NCBI GenBank assembly: GCA_965225925.1
Contig: CBDDBY010000005.1
Coordinates: 2,028,484-2,060,483, forward strand
DNA length: 32,000 bases
Origin: Dehalococcoidia bacterium
Lineage (GTDB): Bacteria; Chloroflexota; Dehalococcoidia; Lucifugimonadales; JAGWBF01
Direction: 5' to 3'
The stretch's first letter is position 1. Every line of letters starts with the position of its first letter. Shown here piece by piece: positions 1 through 8,384 of this stretch. The position numbers and the translations under genes were made by a program. Under the pieces are notes generated by a model, which was not told the origin of the DNA, ran no database searches, and was given only the letters and a program-made list of their open reading frames with translations.

Positions 1-73
1 CCTCCGGCCACCCCTCTCCCACTGGGATATGGGCAGGGGGTGAGGGCTACTTATATAAGCTTAGAGGAGCCCT

Positions 74-391
74 ATGCCCGAGGAATGTGTGAAAGTGGTC
101 CGGGCCGGCGAGCTCCCTGGGGGCGAGAAGATGCTGGTGGAGCTGGAAGGTGAAAGGATCCTGCTGGTCAACATCGGTGGTAAATACTACGCCGTAGGTG
201 AAGAGTGTCCTCACGCCTATGCCATGCTGTCCATGGGCCAGCTCTACGGGGAGGAGATAGTCTGCCCGGTCCACGGCAGCGGGTTCAACGTCAAGAGCGG
301 GAAGGTCCTATCGCCTCCCGCCAGGGAGGACCTGGCCTGCTATCCCGTCCGGGTGGAGGGTGACGATATTCTTATCGGCCCTGCGAATTAG
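74..391 (+). CDS. Rieske [2Fe-2S] ferredoxin-type small protein (105 aa)
   Basis: GAGGAG SD at 64-69 before the ATG. The protein has both Rieske ligand boxes, C-P-H (EECPHAYA) and C-P-V-H (IVCPVHGSGF). Size is typical of stand-alone oxygenase ferredoxin components. Confidence 0.85.
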   Translation: MPEECVKVVRAGELPGGEKMLVELEGERILLVNIGGKYYAVGEECPHAYAMLSMGQLYGEEIVCPVHGSGFNVKSGKVLSPPAREDLACYPVRVEGDDILIGPAN

Positions 392-406
392 AAGACTAAG
401 GAACCT

Positions 407-425
407 CCTCTCCCGGTGGGAGAGG
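407..425. terminator. GC-rich hairpin (CCTCTCCC-GGT-GGGAGAGG) between convergent genes; possible bidirectional terminator or REP-like element
   Basis: Perfect 8-bp stem with a 3-nt loop, read directly. It lies in the 64-nt gap between the Rieske stop (391) and the LLM stop (456). There is no T-tract, so a terminator function is uncertain. Confidence 0.3.
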
Positions 426-455
426 ATTGAGGTGAGGGAGAGGGTATTCAAGAAC

Positions 456-1451
456 CTACCGGGGGGCGCAGGCCCGGATTACCTCCATCACCCCTTTCTT
501 GTCGCCCTTACCCGATACGAATGGGCTGATAATCGGTAGCGGAAGACCCGCCTCGCGGTACCCCTTTAACCGTTGGCGGCAGTCGTCGGGAGTGCCGACC
601 AGGGCGAAATCCTGGATGAGGCGCGTGGGGACCAACTCAACGGCCCGATCCTTGTCTCCCGCCTTCCAGGCCATGTCCACAGCCTCCAGTTCCTCACCGT
701 AGCCGGCCTCGGCCATCAGCTTACGGTACCTGGGGAACTGGGAACCGTAGGCCGCGACGAACTCCCGCAGCGACCTGGCAGCCTCTTCCTTGTTAGGGCC
801 CAACGAGGTCCGTAGCAAGGTGGACACGTCCACCTCCTTGGGGTCCCTTCCCGCCCGCTTCGCACCGATGGCCACGTGCTCGGCGGCGATTCTGGCCCTG
901 TCCAAGGTGCAGGTGGTAAGCATAGCGCCCTGAGAAATCTCGCCGCTAATCTCCAGCATTCTGGGGTTCACCGCCCCCAGGTAGATTGGGATCTCCTTCC
1001 GGAAGGGTTGGAACCAAAAATCGAAGCGTCCGATGTTGTATACATCGCCTTTGTAGGACACCTCACCATCCTGTAACAAGGTCCGGACGATGTCTACGCA
1101 CTCTCTGATGCGCTGCACCGGCTTGGAGAACTCTAGGCCGTGCTGGGGCCCGACCTGGACCTTGTGGCTTGAGCCCAGGCCCAGAACGCATCGGCCATCG
1201 GAGTAATAGTCCACGGTGGCGGCGGCCATGGCTATTGTCGGGGCGCTGCGCACGAATACGCTGCTGATGCTCGTGCCCAGCAGGATGGTCTTGGTGGCCA
1301 GCGCCCAGGAAGTCAGGATGGAAAACTGGTCGCCGCCCTGGCCCTCGGCCATCCAGGCCGACTCATATCCCAGCTCCTCCGCCAGCTGAACACATTCAAC
1401 CATGTCCGCCAGTGCCATGCCCCTGGAGAATGCTAGTCCGATTCTTTCCAT
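456..1451 (-). CDS. Luciferase-like (LLM) flavin/F420-dependent oxidoreductase, copy 1 (331 aa)
   Basis: Full-length ORF with a GGGGAGG SD 8 nt upstream of the ATG. It shows LLM-type strings (GGDQFSILT, LLGTSISSVFVRSAPTIAMA, LGLGSSHKVQV, RKEIPIYL, GAKRAGRDPK). It is a close paralogue of 4579-5574. Confidence 0.85.
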   Translation of the reverse strand: MERIGLAFSRGMALADMVECVQLAEELGYESAWMAEGQGGDQFSILTSWALATKTILLGTSISSVFVRSAPTIAMAAATVDYYSDGRCVLGLGSSHKVQVGPQHGLEFSKPVQRIRECVDIVRTLLQDGEVSYKGDVYNIGRFDFWFQPFRKEIPIYLGAVNPRMLEISGEISQGAMLTTCTLDRARIAAEHVAIGAKRAGRDPKEVDVSTLLRTSLGPNKEEAARSLREFVAAYGSQFPRYRKLMAEAGYGEELEAVDMAWKAGDKDRAVELVPTRLIQDFALVGTPDDCRQRLKGYREAGLPLPIISPFVSGKGDKKGVMEVIRACAPR

Positions 1452-1468
1452 ATCTTCAGCCTCCCCAA

Positions 1469-2362
1469 TCAGCCTAGGTGTTCCTTCAGCCAGTCCTTAG
1501 CCAACTCGGTTACCTGGCTCAGGTAGGGCTCCTCATAGACCTCGTAGTGAGATATGCCGGGAATGACTTTCAAACTTTTCGGCTCTTTAGTCCGTTTGTA
1601 CATCTCGGCTACCTCTTCGGCGGGCGTGACCAGGTCCTTTGCACCGGCGATGTAGAGGATCGGCCTGGGCGAGATACGGTCAACAACATCAATGGGCCGG
1701 AACTCCATTAACTTTTCCGCGGAGGCCAGCGAGTAGGAGCCGATTTTCACGCCTTCCATCCCCGGCATCTTGCTCAGGTCCTGCTCCATAGTCTCGTTGA
1801 TCGAAGGATCAGCCCCCCAGAATTCCGCCAGGGACATTCGCTTCGAATCGCCCGTGACTACCCTGGACTTACGGTCTTCTTCGAGAAGGGCCAGGAACTC
1901 CAGCCACTCCCAGAGACGCCTGAGGCTGTGCAACGAGCGTTTCCCGTCGCCAAATCCCACGACGCTGATGGCGCAGCTGACACGTGCGTCCAGCCCGGCC
2001 ACGTAGGGGACCATGCCTCCTCCCCAGCTCCATCCGATGAGGGCCAGCCGGTGGGGGTCCACCTTCGGGTGGACCTGAAGGTAGGTCAGGGCGTTGCCGA
2101 TGTCCTCCGCCATCTCCAGAGGATATAGCCGGGAGGAGTCCCCCTCACTCTCGCCGACGCCACGGAAGTCCCATGTCAGGGCTACGTAACCCATAGCCGC
2201 GAATTGCCGGGCGACGTGGGGAAACCGGAAGTAATCTTTGTTCCCCAGCATCCCCTGGCACATCACTATTCCGGGGCAGCCATGGTCTCCGGCTCCCTCG
2301 GGTTCGTACAACGTCCCCGCTATTTTCAGCCCATCGCTGTAAAAGCTGACTTTCCGCTCCAT
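1469..2362 (-). CDS. Alpha/beta hydrolase (COG1073-like esterase), paralogue 1 (297 aa)
   Basis: Nucleophile elbow G-W-S-W-G-G. It shares blocks with the two other copies (IAGTLYEP, AAMGYVALTWD.RGVGESEG, EFRPIDVVDRISPRPI, VIPGI.H..VYEEPY). Its stop is 17 nt from the next gene's start. Confidence 0.8.
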   Translation of the reverse strand: MERKVSFYSDGLKIAGTLYEPEGAGDHGCPGIVMCQGMLGNKDYFRFPHVARQFAAMGYVALTWDFRGVGESEGDSSRLYPLEMAEDIGNALTYLQVHPKVDPHRLALIGWSWGGGMVPYVAGLDARVSCAISVVGFGDGKRSLHSLRRLWEWLEFLALLEEDRKSRVVTGDSKRMSLAEFWGADPSINETMEQDLSKMPGMEGVKIGSYSLASAEKLMEFRPIDVVDRISPRPILYIAGAKDLVTPAEEVAEMYKRTKEPKSLKVIPGISHYEVYEEPYLSQVTELAKDWLKEHLG

Positions 2363-2400
2363 GGTGGTCCCCTTGACGACCGGCGCCAGCCCCTGGCGGT

Positions 2401-3294
2401 TCAGCCGAGGTTTTCCTTCAGCCAGGTGGTGGACACCTCCAGGACCTGGCTCATGTAAGGCTCCTCATAGACGTTATGGTGGTCGATCCCGGGAATGACC
2501 CATAGCTTCTTCGGCTCCCCGGTCCGCCTGTACATCTCGACGATGTCCTCCGCAGGGGTAAGGGTGTCCCTTCCAGCGGCAATGTAAAAGATCGGCCTGG
2601 GCGAGATGCGGTCCACTACGTCGATGGGGCGAAACTCTATTATCTTTTCGGCGGTGGCCAAAGAGTAGGGAGTGCCTGTAGCGTTCTCCATCCCAGGTAT
2701 CTTGCTCAGCTCCCTCTCCACGTCCTTATTGGTCGAGGGGTCTCTTCCCAGGATCTCCCCGGGAGCCAGCAGCTCGGACTTCCCAGTCAACACCCGGGCC
2801 TCTTTGTCCTTTTCGATACGGTCCAGGAAGGTGAGCCAGTCCGCGGGGCTCCGCATGTTCCTCAATGAGCGTCTCCCGTCACTCCAGCCCACAATACTGA
2901 CCGTGCACTTGACCCGCTCATCTACGCCCGCTACGTAGGGGACCATGGCCCCGCCGTGGCTCCAGCCCATGAGGACCAGCCGGCCGGGGTCCACCTTGGG
3001 ATGGATCTGGAGGTAGGTCAGGGCGTTGCCGATATCTGCCGCCATCTCCAGGGGATAGAGGCGTCCGTATTCCCCCTCGCTTTCGCCCACGCCCCGGTAG
3101 TCCCAGGTCAGAGCCACGTAACCCATGGCCGCAAGCTGGCGGGCAATGTGGGGGAACCAGAAGTATTCCTTTACCCCGATCATGCCCTGGCACATCAGGA
3201 TACCGGCGCAAGAATTGTCCCCGGCGCCATCTGGCTCGTACAGGGTCCCCGCTATCTTGAAGCCGTCACTGTGGATGCCGACGTTCAGTTCCAT
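2401..3294 (-). CDS. Alpha/beta hydrolase, paralogue 2 (297 aa)
   Basis: Same length and block structure as 1469-2362. Nucleophile elbow is G-W-S-H-G-G. Confidence 0.8.
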   Translation of the reverse strand: MELNVGIHSDGFKIAGTLYEPDGAGDNSCAGILMCQGMIGVKEYFWFPHIARQLAAMGYVALTWDYRGVGESEGEYGRLYPLEMAADIGNALTYLQIHPKVDPGRLVLMGWSHGGAMVPYVAGVDERVKCTVSIVGWSDGRRSLRNMRSPADWLTFLDRIEKDKEARVLTGKSELLAPGEILGRDPSTNKDVERELSKIPGMENATGTPYSLATAEKIIEFRPIDVVDRISPRPIFYIAAGRDTLTPAEDIVEMYRRTGEPKKLWVIPGIDHHNVYEEPYMSQVLEVSTTWLKENLG

Positions 3295-3302
3295 AAGTAT
3301 CC

Positions 3303-4457
3303 CTATTCCATTACTCCCAGGGCGTCCCTTATCGCCTGGCCGATGGGGGTTAACGGGCTCTCTGCGAGGGGACCGTGGGGGATCATACGGTTATGGAGAA
3401 CCACCACGCCCAGCCGGGCGTCGGGCTCGGCCCACCCGACTGCGCCTCCGGCGCCGTTGTGGCCGAACATGCGTGGATTGTTACCCGCCGGGCCCATTCC
3501 GGGGCTGCCGGCGAAGTGAAAGCCCCCTATCGTGCCGTTGTGGGGCACGCCGTGCACGGGGTCGTAATCGCAGGGAGGACGGGGAATGTGGAAGGTCCTG
3601 ACCCGGTCCTCGGAGAGAAGCCGAACACCGTCCAGCTCTCCGCCGTTGGCCAGCATGGCGAAGAACCTGGCTCCGCTCCGGGCGGTCATGATCCCGTTGG
3701 CTCCCGGAATGCAGGCACGCATCACATCGGACCGCCCGAAGACCTCCTGGGTGATGGCAACCTCATCGGGGATGGAGCGTGACCTGAGAGAATCGGGGGG
3801 GAACCCGGGCGCGCCGGGGAGCATGGGAGGCATATTGGTCAGCACTGCTACCCGGGGCTCCACCTCACGAGGAATGCCTGACCAGAGGCAATCTATACCC
3901 AGAGGCTGGCAGATCTCCTCCTGGATGAAGGTCCCAAAGGGCCTCTTCTTTGGATCGGTACGCCGAACGACCTCTCCCACTACCCAGCCGAAGGTGTAGG
4001 ACATATAGCCGGATTTTGTGCCCGGCTCGAAGAGCGGCCTCATGTCGGCTAAACGCTGCACCATCCAGTCCCAGTCGCACATTAGCTCCGGGGTCACGCC
4101 CAAAGGCATGAGGGGGACCCCGATGCGGTGGGTGAGGACGTCATACACCGTCCCCTTGTCCTTGCCGTGGGCGCCGAACTCCGGCCAATAACGGGCCACG
4201 GGGCTGTAGTAATCCACAAGCCCCCGCTCCACCTGAATATGCAACGCCACGGCAGATACGGCCTTTATGTTGGACCATGCCTGGAAGAGGGTATCGCCGT
4301 GCACCTTCCTTCCCGTGGTCTTATCTGCAAGGCCGCCCCACACGTCTATTACCAGCTTGCTATCCATGTAGGCGGCAACCTGGATACCGATCTCGCCCCG
4401 ATTCGCTATAGCGAAGTCAACGGCTGTTTGGACGATCTTGTTCGGGTCACCTGCCAT
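3303..4457 (-). CDS. Beta-lactamase-fold serine hydrolase (esterase/amidase-like), 384 aa
   Basis: S-x-x-K box (WSNIKAV) sits near the N-terminus at the usual position. GGGAGG SD lies 6 nt upstream of the ATG. The stop is 8 nt upstream of the next gene's start. Confidence 0.75.
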   Translation of the reverse strand: MAGDPNKIVQTAVDFAIANRGEIGIQVAAYMDSKLVIDVWGGLADKTTGRKVHGDTLFQAWSNIKAVSAVALHIQVERGLVDYYSPVARYWPEFGAHGKDKGTVYDVLTHRIGVPLMPLGVTPELMCDWDWMVQRLADMRPLFEPGTKSGYMSYTFGWVVGEVVRRTDPKKRPFGTFIQEEICQPLGIDCLWSGIPREVEPRVAVLTNMPPMLPGAPGFPPDSLRSRSIPDEVAITQEVFGRSDVMRACIPGANGIMTARSGARFFAMLANGGELDGVRLLSEDRVRTFHIPRPPCDYDPVHGVPHNGTIGGFHFAGSPGMGPAGNNPRMFGHNGAGGAVGWAEPDARLGVVVLHNRMIPHGPLAESPLTPIGQAIRDALGVME

Positions 4458-4578
4458 GGCTGCACCTCCCGCTCTCTGGCTGTTTGGGACAGTCCTACAC
4501 TATGAGCTGGTATGTCCTCATCTGGAGGCCGGATAAACGCAGTTGATTGGACCGGGTGGACCGGCGGTTTTATGGGTG

Positions 4579-5574
4579 CTATCGGGGTGCGCAGCCACGG
4601 ATGATGTTGATCGCCTGGTCCTTGGCATCGGGACCGCCGACGGCCGGGAATATGATGGGAAGGTTTATGCCCGCTTTCCGATACTTATCCAGCCCCTGGC
4701 GGCACTCTTCCCCGCTGCCTGCGAGGGAGAGTATGTCGATAAGGCCGGCGGGTACCAGCTGCATGGCTGTTTCTATATCTCCGCTCCCCCACGCCACGCG
4801 TATCGCCTCCAACTCCTCGGTGAACCCGCTCTGAGCCATCAGCCTGCGGTACCTGGGGAAGAAGCCGGCATACATGGCGACGGCGAACCGCATGGCGTCC
4901 CTGGCCTTGTCTTTGTCGTCGGAAACGGCGCAGGGAATCATGGTCGCCACGTCCACATCCTTCGGGTCCCTCCCCGCCCGCTTGGCCCCTACCGCCACGT
5001 GGTCTACGGTGGTCTTTGCCTGGTCCAGGGTGGACCAGACACACAGGGCTCCATCAGCGATCTCCCCGCAGACTTCGAGCATCTTGGGAAACACCGCCGC
5101 CAAGTATATCGGTATTTCTTTTCGCACGGGCTCGATGCCCATGTCGAAGTGATTGATGTTGAATATTTTGCCTTCGTAGGAGACCTCTCCGTCCCGGAGC
5201 AGCGCCCGCACGATGTCCGTTGTCTCTCTGATGCGCTGAATGGGTTGGGAATAGACGATGCTGTGCTCTGGCTCCACCTGGACCTTGTGGCTTGAGCCCA
5301 GACCAAGGAGGAAACGGCCGCCGGAAAACTCATCAACACAGGCCGAGGCCATGGCGATGGTGGGAGCGCTTCGCACGAACACGCTGGATATACTTGTCCC
5401 CAACAGGATCTTTTTGGTGGCCAGGGCGCAGGCGGTGAGAATGGAGAACTGGTCCCCGCCATGTCCCTCGGCCATCCAGGCCGAGTCGTAGCCCAGCTCA
5501 TCCGCCAGTTGGACGCACTCCACGATCTCCTTGGGACTCATACCTCCAGCGAAGGCTACACCAAGACGCTCCAT
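4579..5574 (-). CDS. Luciferase-like (LLM) flavin/F420-dependent oxidoreductase, copy 2
   Basis: Paralogue of 456-1451 with long identical peptide runs. The ORF opens at a GTG at 5580, but the ATG at 5574 (MERLGVAF) aligns with the copy-1 N-terminus MERIGLAF and has GGAG upstream. Confidence 0.85.
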   Translation of the reverse strand: MERLGVAFAGGMSPKEIVECVQLADELGYDSAWMAEGHGGDQFSILTACALATKKILLGTSISSVFVRSAPTIAMASACVDEFSGGRFLLGLGSSHKVQVEPEHSIVYSQPIQRIRETTDIVRALLRDGEVSYEGKIFNINHFDMGIEPVRKEIPIYLAAVFPKMLEVCGEIADGALCVWSTLDQAKTTVDHVAVGAKRAGRDPKDVDVATMIPCAVSDDKDKARDAMRFAVAMYAGFFPRYRRLMAQSGFTEELEAIRVAWGSGDIETAMQLVPAGLIDILSLAGSGEECRQGLDKYRKAGINLPIIFPAVGGPDAKDQAINIIRGCAPR

Positions 5575-5679
5575 GTCCACACTCCATCAGGCTGATGTGG
5601 CCCGCAATCCTTACCACACTTGCCCGTTCAGATGAATTTAGCAAGGCACCCGGGGCAACAAACAGGATGTTGCGCGTTT

Positions 5680-5708
5680 ACTGTAATCAGTCCTGTATCT
5701 GATGTCAA
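5680..5708 (-). promoter_or_regulatory. Sigma70-like promoter candidate TTGACA-17-TACAGT (minus strand)
   Basis: Read on the minus strand: TTGACA (5708-5703), a 17-nt spacer, then TACAGT (5685-5680). It lies in the 214-nt gap upstream of the LLM copy 2 gene. Confidence 0.4.
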
Positions 5709-5794
5709 CGGCCTCGGGGATGGCAGCGGAGGGCCAATCGCCTTTCAGCAATCCAAAGACCGCCTTAGCGCCCTTTCGGTGGCCGGACCCTGGT

Positions 5795-6694
5795 CTACTT
5801 CAGTTGGACGTGCTCTCTGAGCCAGCCGGTGATCATCTCGAACACCTGGCTCAGGTAGGGCTCCTCATAAACGCCGTAATGAGAAATGCCGGGGATGACC
5901 CACAGCTTCTTCGGCTGGTTGGTACGGTTGTACATGTCAACCACGTGTTCGGGAGGGCCGATGTTATCTCCCTCAGCCACGATGTACAGCATCGCCCTGG
6001 GCGAGATGCGGTGCACCACGTCTATCGGGTTGAACTCCAGCAACTTTTCCACGCTGGCCAGGGAATAGGAGACACCCTTGGGCTCCTCCATCCCCGGCAC
6101 ATTGACCCGCACACGTTCCCTGGCCTCTGCGGTGGCTGGGTCTCCGGGCATGATCTCCCCCAATGGCACCACCTCCGACTTCCCCGTCACCACCCGGGAC
6201 CTCTTATCTTGTTCGATGCGGTCCAGGAAATGCAGGTATTCCCAATGGCGCCAGCCGCTGCGCATCAACCGCTCCCAGCTGCTCCAGCCCACCACACTCA
6301 CGCCGCACGCGACCCGGTCGTCCACACCGGCCACGTATGGGACCATCCCTCCACCGAAACTCCAGCCTGCCAGGGCCAGCTTCCCCGGGTCCACCTTTGG
6401 ATGGAGCTCCAGGTAGGTCAAGGCGTTGCGGATATCCTCGGCCTGTTCCAGGGGATATAGCCGTCCATGTTCGCCCTCACTCTCGCCGATGCCCCGGTAG
6501 TCCCAGATAAAGGCCACACAGCCCAGATCGGCCAGCTTGCGCCCGAGATAGGGTAACCACCAGTACTCTTTGATCCCCACCATGCCCTGGCAAAGCACGA
6601 TGCCGGGACAACTCCGGTCCTGGGCTGCCTCGGGCTCGTACAGTATTCCCGCGATCCTGAGGCCGTCGCTGTAAAACCCGACTTTTGTCTCCAA
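5795..6694 (-). CDS. Alpha/beta hydrolase, paralogue 3
   Basis: Nucleophile elbow G-W-S-F-G-G, with the same blocks as the other two copies. The ORF opens at a TTG at 6703. The TTG at 6694 gives METKVGFYSDG, matching MERKVSFYSDG and MELNVGIHSDG of the paralogues, with an AAGAGG SD 9 nt upstream. Confidence 0.8.
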   Translation of the reverse strand: METKVGFYSDGLRIAGILYEPEAAQDRSCPGIVLCQGMVGIKEYWWLPYLGRKLADLGCVAFIWDYRGIGESEGEHGRLYPLEQAEDIRNALTYLELHPKVDPGKLALAGWSFGGGMVPYVAGVDDRVACGVSVVGWSSWERLMRSGWRHWEYLHFLDRIEQDKRSRVVTGKSEVVPLGEIMPGDPATAEARERVRVNVPGMEEPKGVSYSLASVEKLLEFNPIDVVHRISPRAMLYIVAEGDNIGPPEHVVDMYNRTNQPKKLWVIPGISHYGVYEEPYLSQVFEMITGWLREHVQLK

Positions 6695-6851
6695 ACCTGT
6701 CAACCTCTTATCTCTTTATCCCGCTGTGGCTCCAGATACGCGACTCCTAGGCGATGGAGCGATTATAGGTGCGCCCTCATCAGGTGTCAACAACGATTTA
6801 AGAGGGCGGGACCGGCTGAAGAATATCGGCCCAGCGCTAAAATTTCGGGGG

Positions 6852-6880
6852 TTGACTCCCTGGATAGGACAGGCTACTCT
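6852..6880 (+). promoter_or_regulatory. Sigma70-like promoter candidate TTGACT-17-TACTCT
   Basis: Hexamers with a 17-nt spacer lie in the divergent 209-nt intergenic region, about 30 nt upstream of the VOC gene's SD (GAGGAGG at 6901-6907). Confidence 0.35.
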
Positions 6881-6912
6881 CTCCCTACACCTAGGGCAAC
6901 GAGGAGGCTGGA

Positions 6913-7374
6913 TTGTTCACCAACGTGCACCACGTCACCTATGTGGTGGAGGACGTGGACCAGGTGGCCGAGTACATGGAGCGGAACTTTGGCATGAAGC
7001 CCGAGGTGGCCGATGAAGCGCCGGATAAGGGCTACAAATTCATCGTGTATTGGGTAGGGTCAACCTATTTTGACTTCGTTGAACCCACAACCGATGACAC
7101 CGCCACCGCCCGTTTCTTAAAGGAGCACGGCCCTGGGCTGAGCCACGTCGTATGGGGTGTGGACGGGATTGACCAGGTCTTCCAGGACCTGAAGAGTAAG
7201 GGTAATGTGCTGCAGGCCAACCAGGCCAATCAGGACGGCCCCAGCAGCAACATCTTCGGGATAAGGGCCCTGCATATAGACCCCGGCAGCGCCCACGGTG
7301 TTTACTGGCAGCTGGCCGAGGGAGAGGGGCCGCATAAGGGATGGAAGTACCAGGGACCAGGAGCTGACCGCTAG
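6913..7374 (+). CDS. VOC/glyoxalase-fold protein (methylmalonyl-CoA epimerase-like), 153 aa
   Basis: TTG start 5 nt after GAGGAGG. The N-terminus HHVTYVVEDVDQVAEYMERNFGM and the later LSHVVWGVDGID are typical of the paired beta-alpha-beta-beta-beta VOC modules. Confidence 0.7.
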   Translation: MFTNVHHVTYVVEDVDQVAEYMERNFGMKPEVADEAPDKGYKFIVYWVGSTYFDFVEPTTDDTATARFLKEHGPGLSHVVWGVDGIDQVFQDLKSKGNVLQANQANQDGPSSNIFGIRALHIDPGSAHGVYWQLAEGEGPHKGWKYQGPGADR

Positions 7375-7385
7375 TTAAAGGTGAA

Positions 7386-8354
7386 GTGATGAGTCAAAAG
7401 AAGATAGGGATCGCAGGCTGGGGCATAACGTTTCCTGGAGCGGACAGCGTCGGCATCCTGGAGACCCTGAAAAAGGCGGAAGAGTTGGGAGTCTATGGCG
7501 TATGGCTGGCCACGGGGCCGACCTCCCAGGCGGATGCCCTGACCCTCCTGGGGGCCGTGGCCGTGTCCACCCAACGGATGATGTTGGGGACGGCCATCAC
7601 TCCCACATGGCCGCGCCACCCCGTGGTTATCGGGCAGCAGGTCCAGGTGCTAGCCCAGCTGGCCCCCGGCCGGTTCCGGCTGGGGTTGGGCATGGGCCAT
7701 CAGGCAGCCATGGAGGAGACATACGGGGTGGACTTCAATGCGCCTCTGAGCCACCTGAAAGAGTACGTGCAGATCCTGAAGGCGTTGCTTCAGAAGGGTT
7801 CGGTGGATTTCGACGGCAAGTACTACAAGGCCCACGCTCGAGTGGCGGCGCCGGTGGACGTGCCAATAATGATCGCGGCCCTTCAGCCCCGGTCCTTCGA
7901 GCTGTGCGGCGCCGAGGCGGACGGGGCCATCAGATGGGTCTGCCCCAGGCCCTACCTGAGGGATGTGGCCCTCCCCACCATGAGGGCCGCAGCGGCGAAG
8001 GCGGGCAGGCCGGTTCCGGCCCTCATCGCCCACGCCCCGGTCTGTGTTCACGACGACCCAGTGGAGGCACGGGCTGCCATACGGGAGCAGGTCAGGTCAC
8101 TGAGGCCCGGGCAACCCTTCTACCGGCGCATGTTTGTCACGGCGGGTTACCCCGAGGCCGCCCAGGGGGAATGGAGCGACGCCATGATAGACGCCACCGC
8201 CCTTGTGGGTAACGAGGACCAGGTGGCTGAGCAGATGGAGGAGCTTTTCGAGCTGGGCGCTACGGAGGCGGTGGTTTCCCCCATGCCCGCAGGCAAGGAC
8301 CGTGCCGCCTCCCAGGAGCGCATCTTGCAGATGCTGGCCAAGGCTTCTCGCTGA
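7386..8354 (+). CDS. LLM-class F420/flavin-dependent oxidoreductase, tandem copy A (322 aa; alternative ATG start at 7389)
   Basis: Shares blocks with the next two genes (PRHPVV, QLAPGRFRLG, VDFDG.YY, RSFELCGAE.DGAI.W.CP, AHAPVCVHD.P, EWSDAMIDA, LGATE). Confidence 0.85.
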   Translation: MMSQKKIGIAGWGITFPGADSVGILETLKKAEELGVYGVWLATGPTSQADALTLLGAVAVSTQRMMLGTAITPTWPRHPVVIGQQVQVLAQLAPGRFRLGLGMGHQAAMEETYGVDFNAPLSHLKEYVQILKALLQKGSVDFDGKYYKAHARVAAPVDVPIMIAALQPRSFELCGAEADGAIRWVCPRPYLRDVALPTMRAAAAKAGRPVPALIAHAPVCVHDDPVEARAAIREQVRSLRPGQPFYRRMFVTAGYPEAAQGEWSDAMIDATALVGNEDQVAEQMEELFELGATEAVVSPMPAGKDRAASQERILQMLAKASR

Positions 8355-8384
8355 GCCCAGATTGCCAGATTTAAGGATAAGCCG

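Noticed and set aside
47-274. 75-aa minus-strand ORF overlapping the Rieske gene
   Set aside because: The plus-strand frame carries clear Rieske Cys/His boxes and an SD. The minus-strand ORF has neither.
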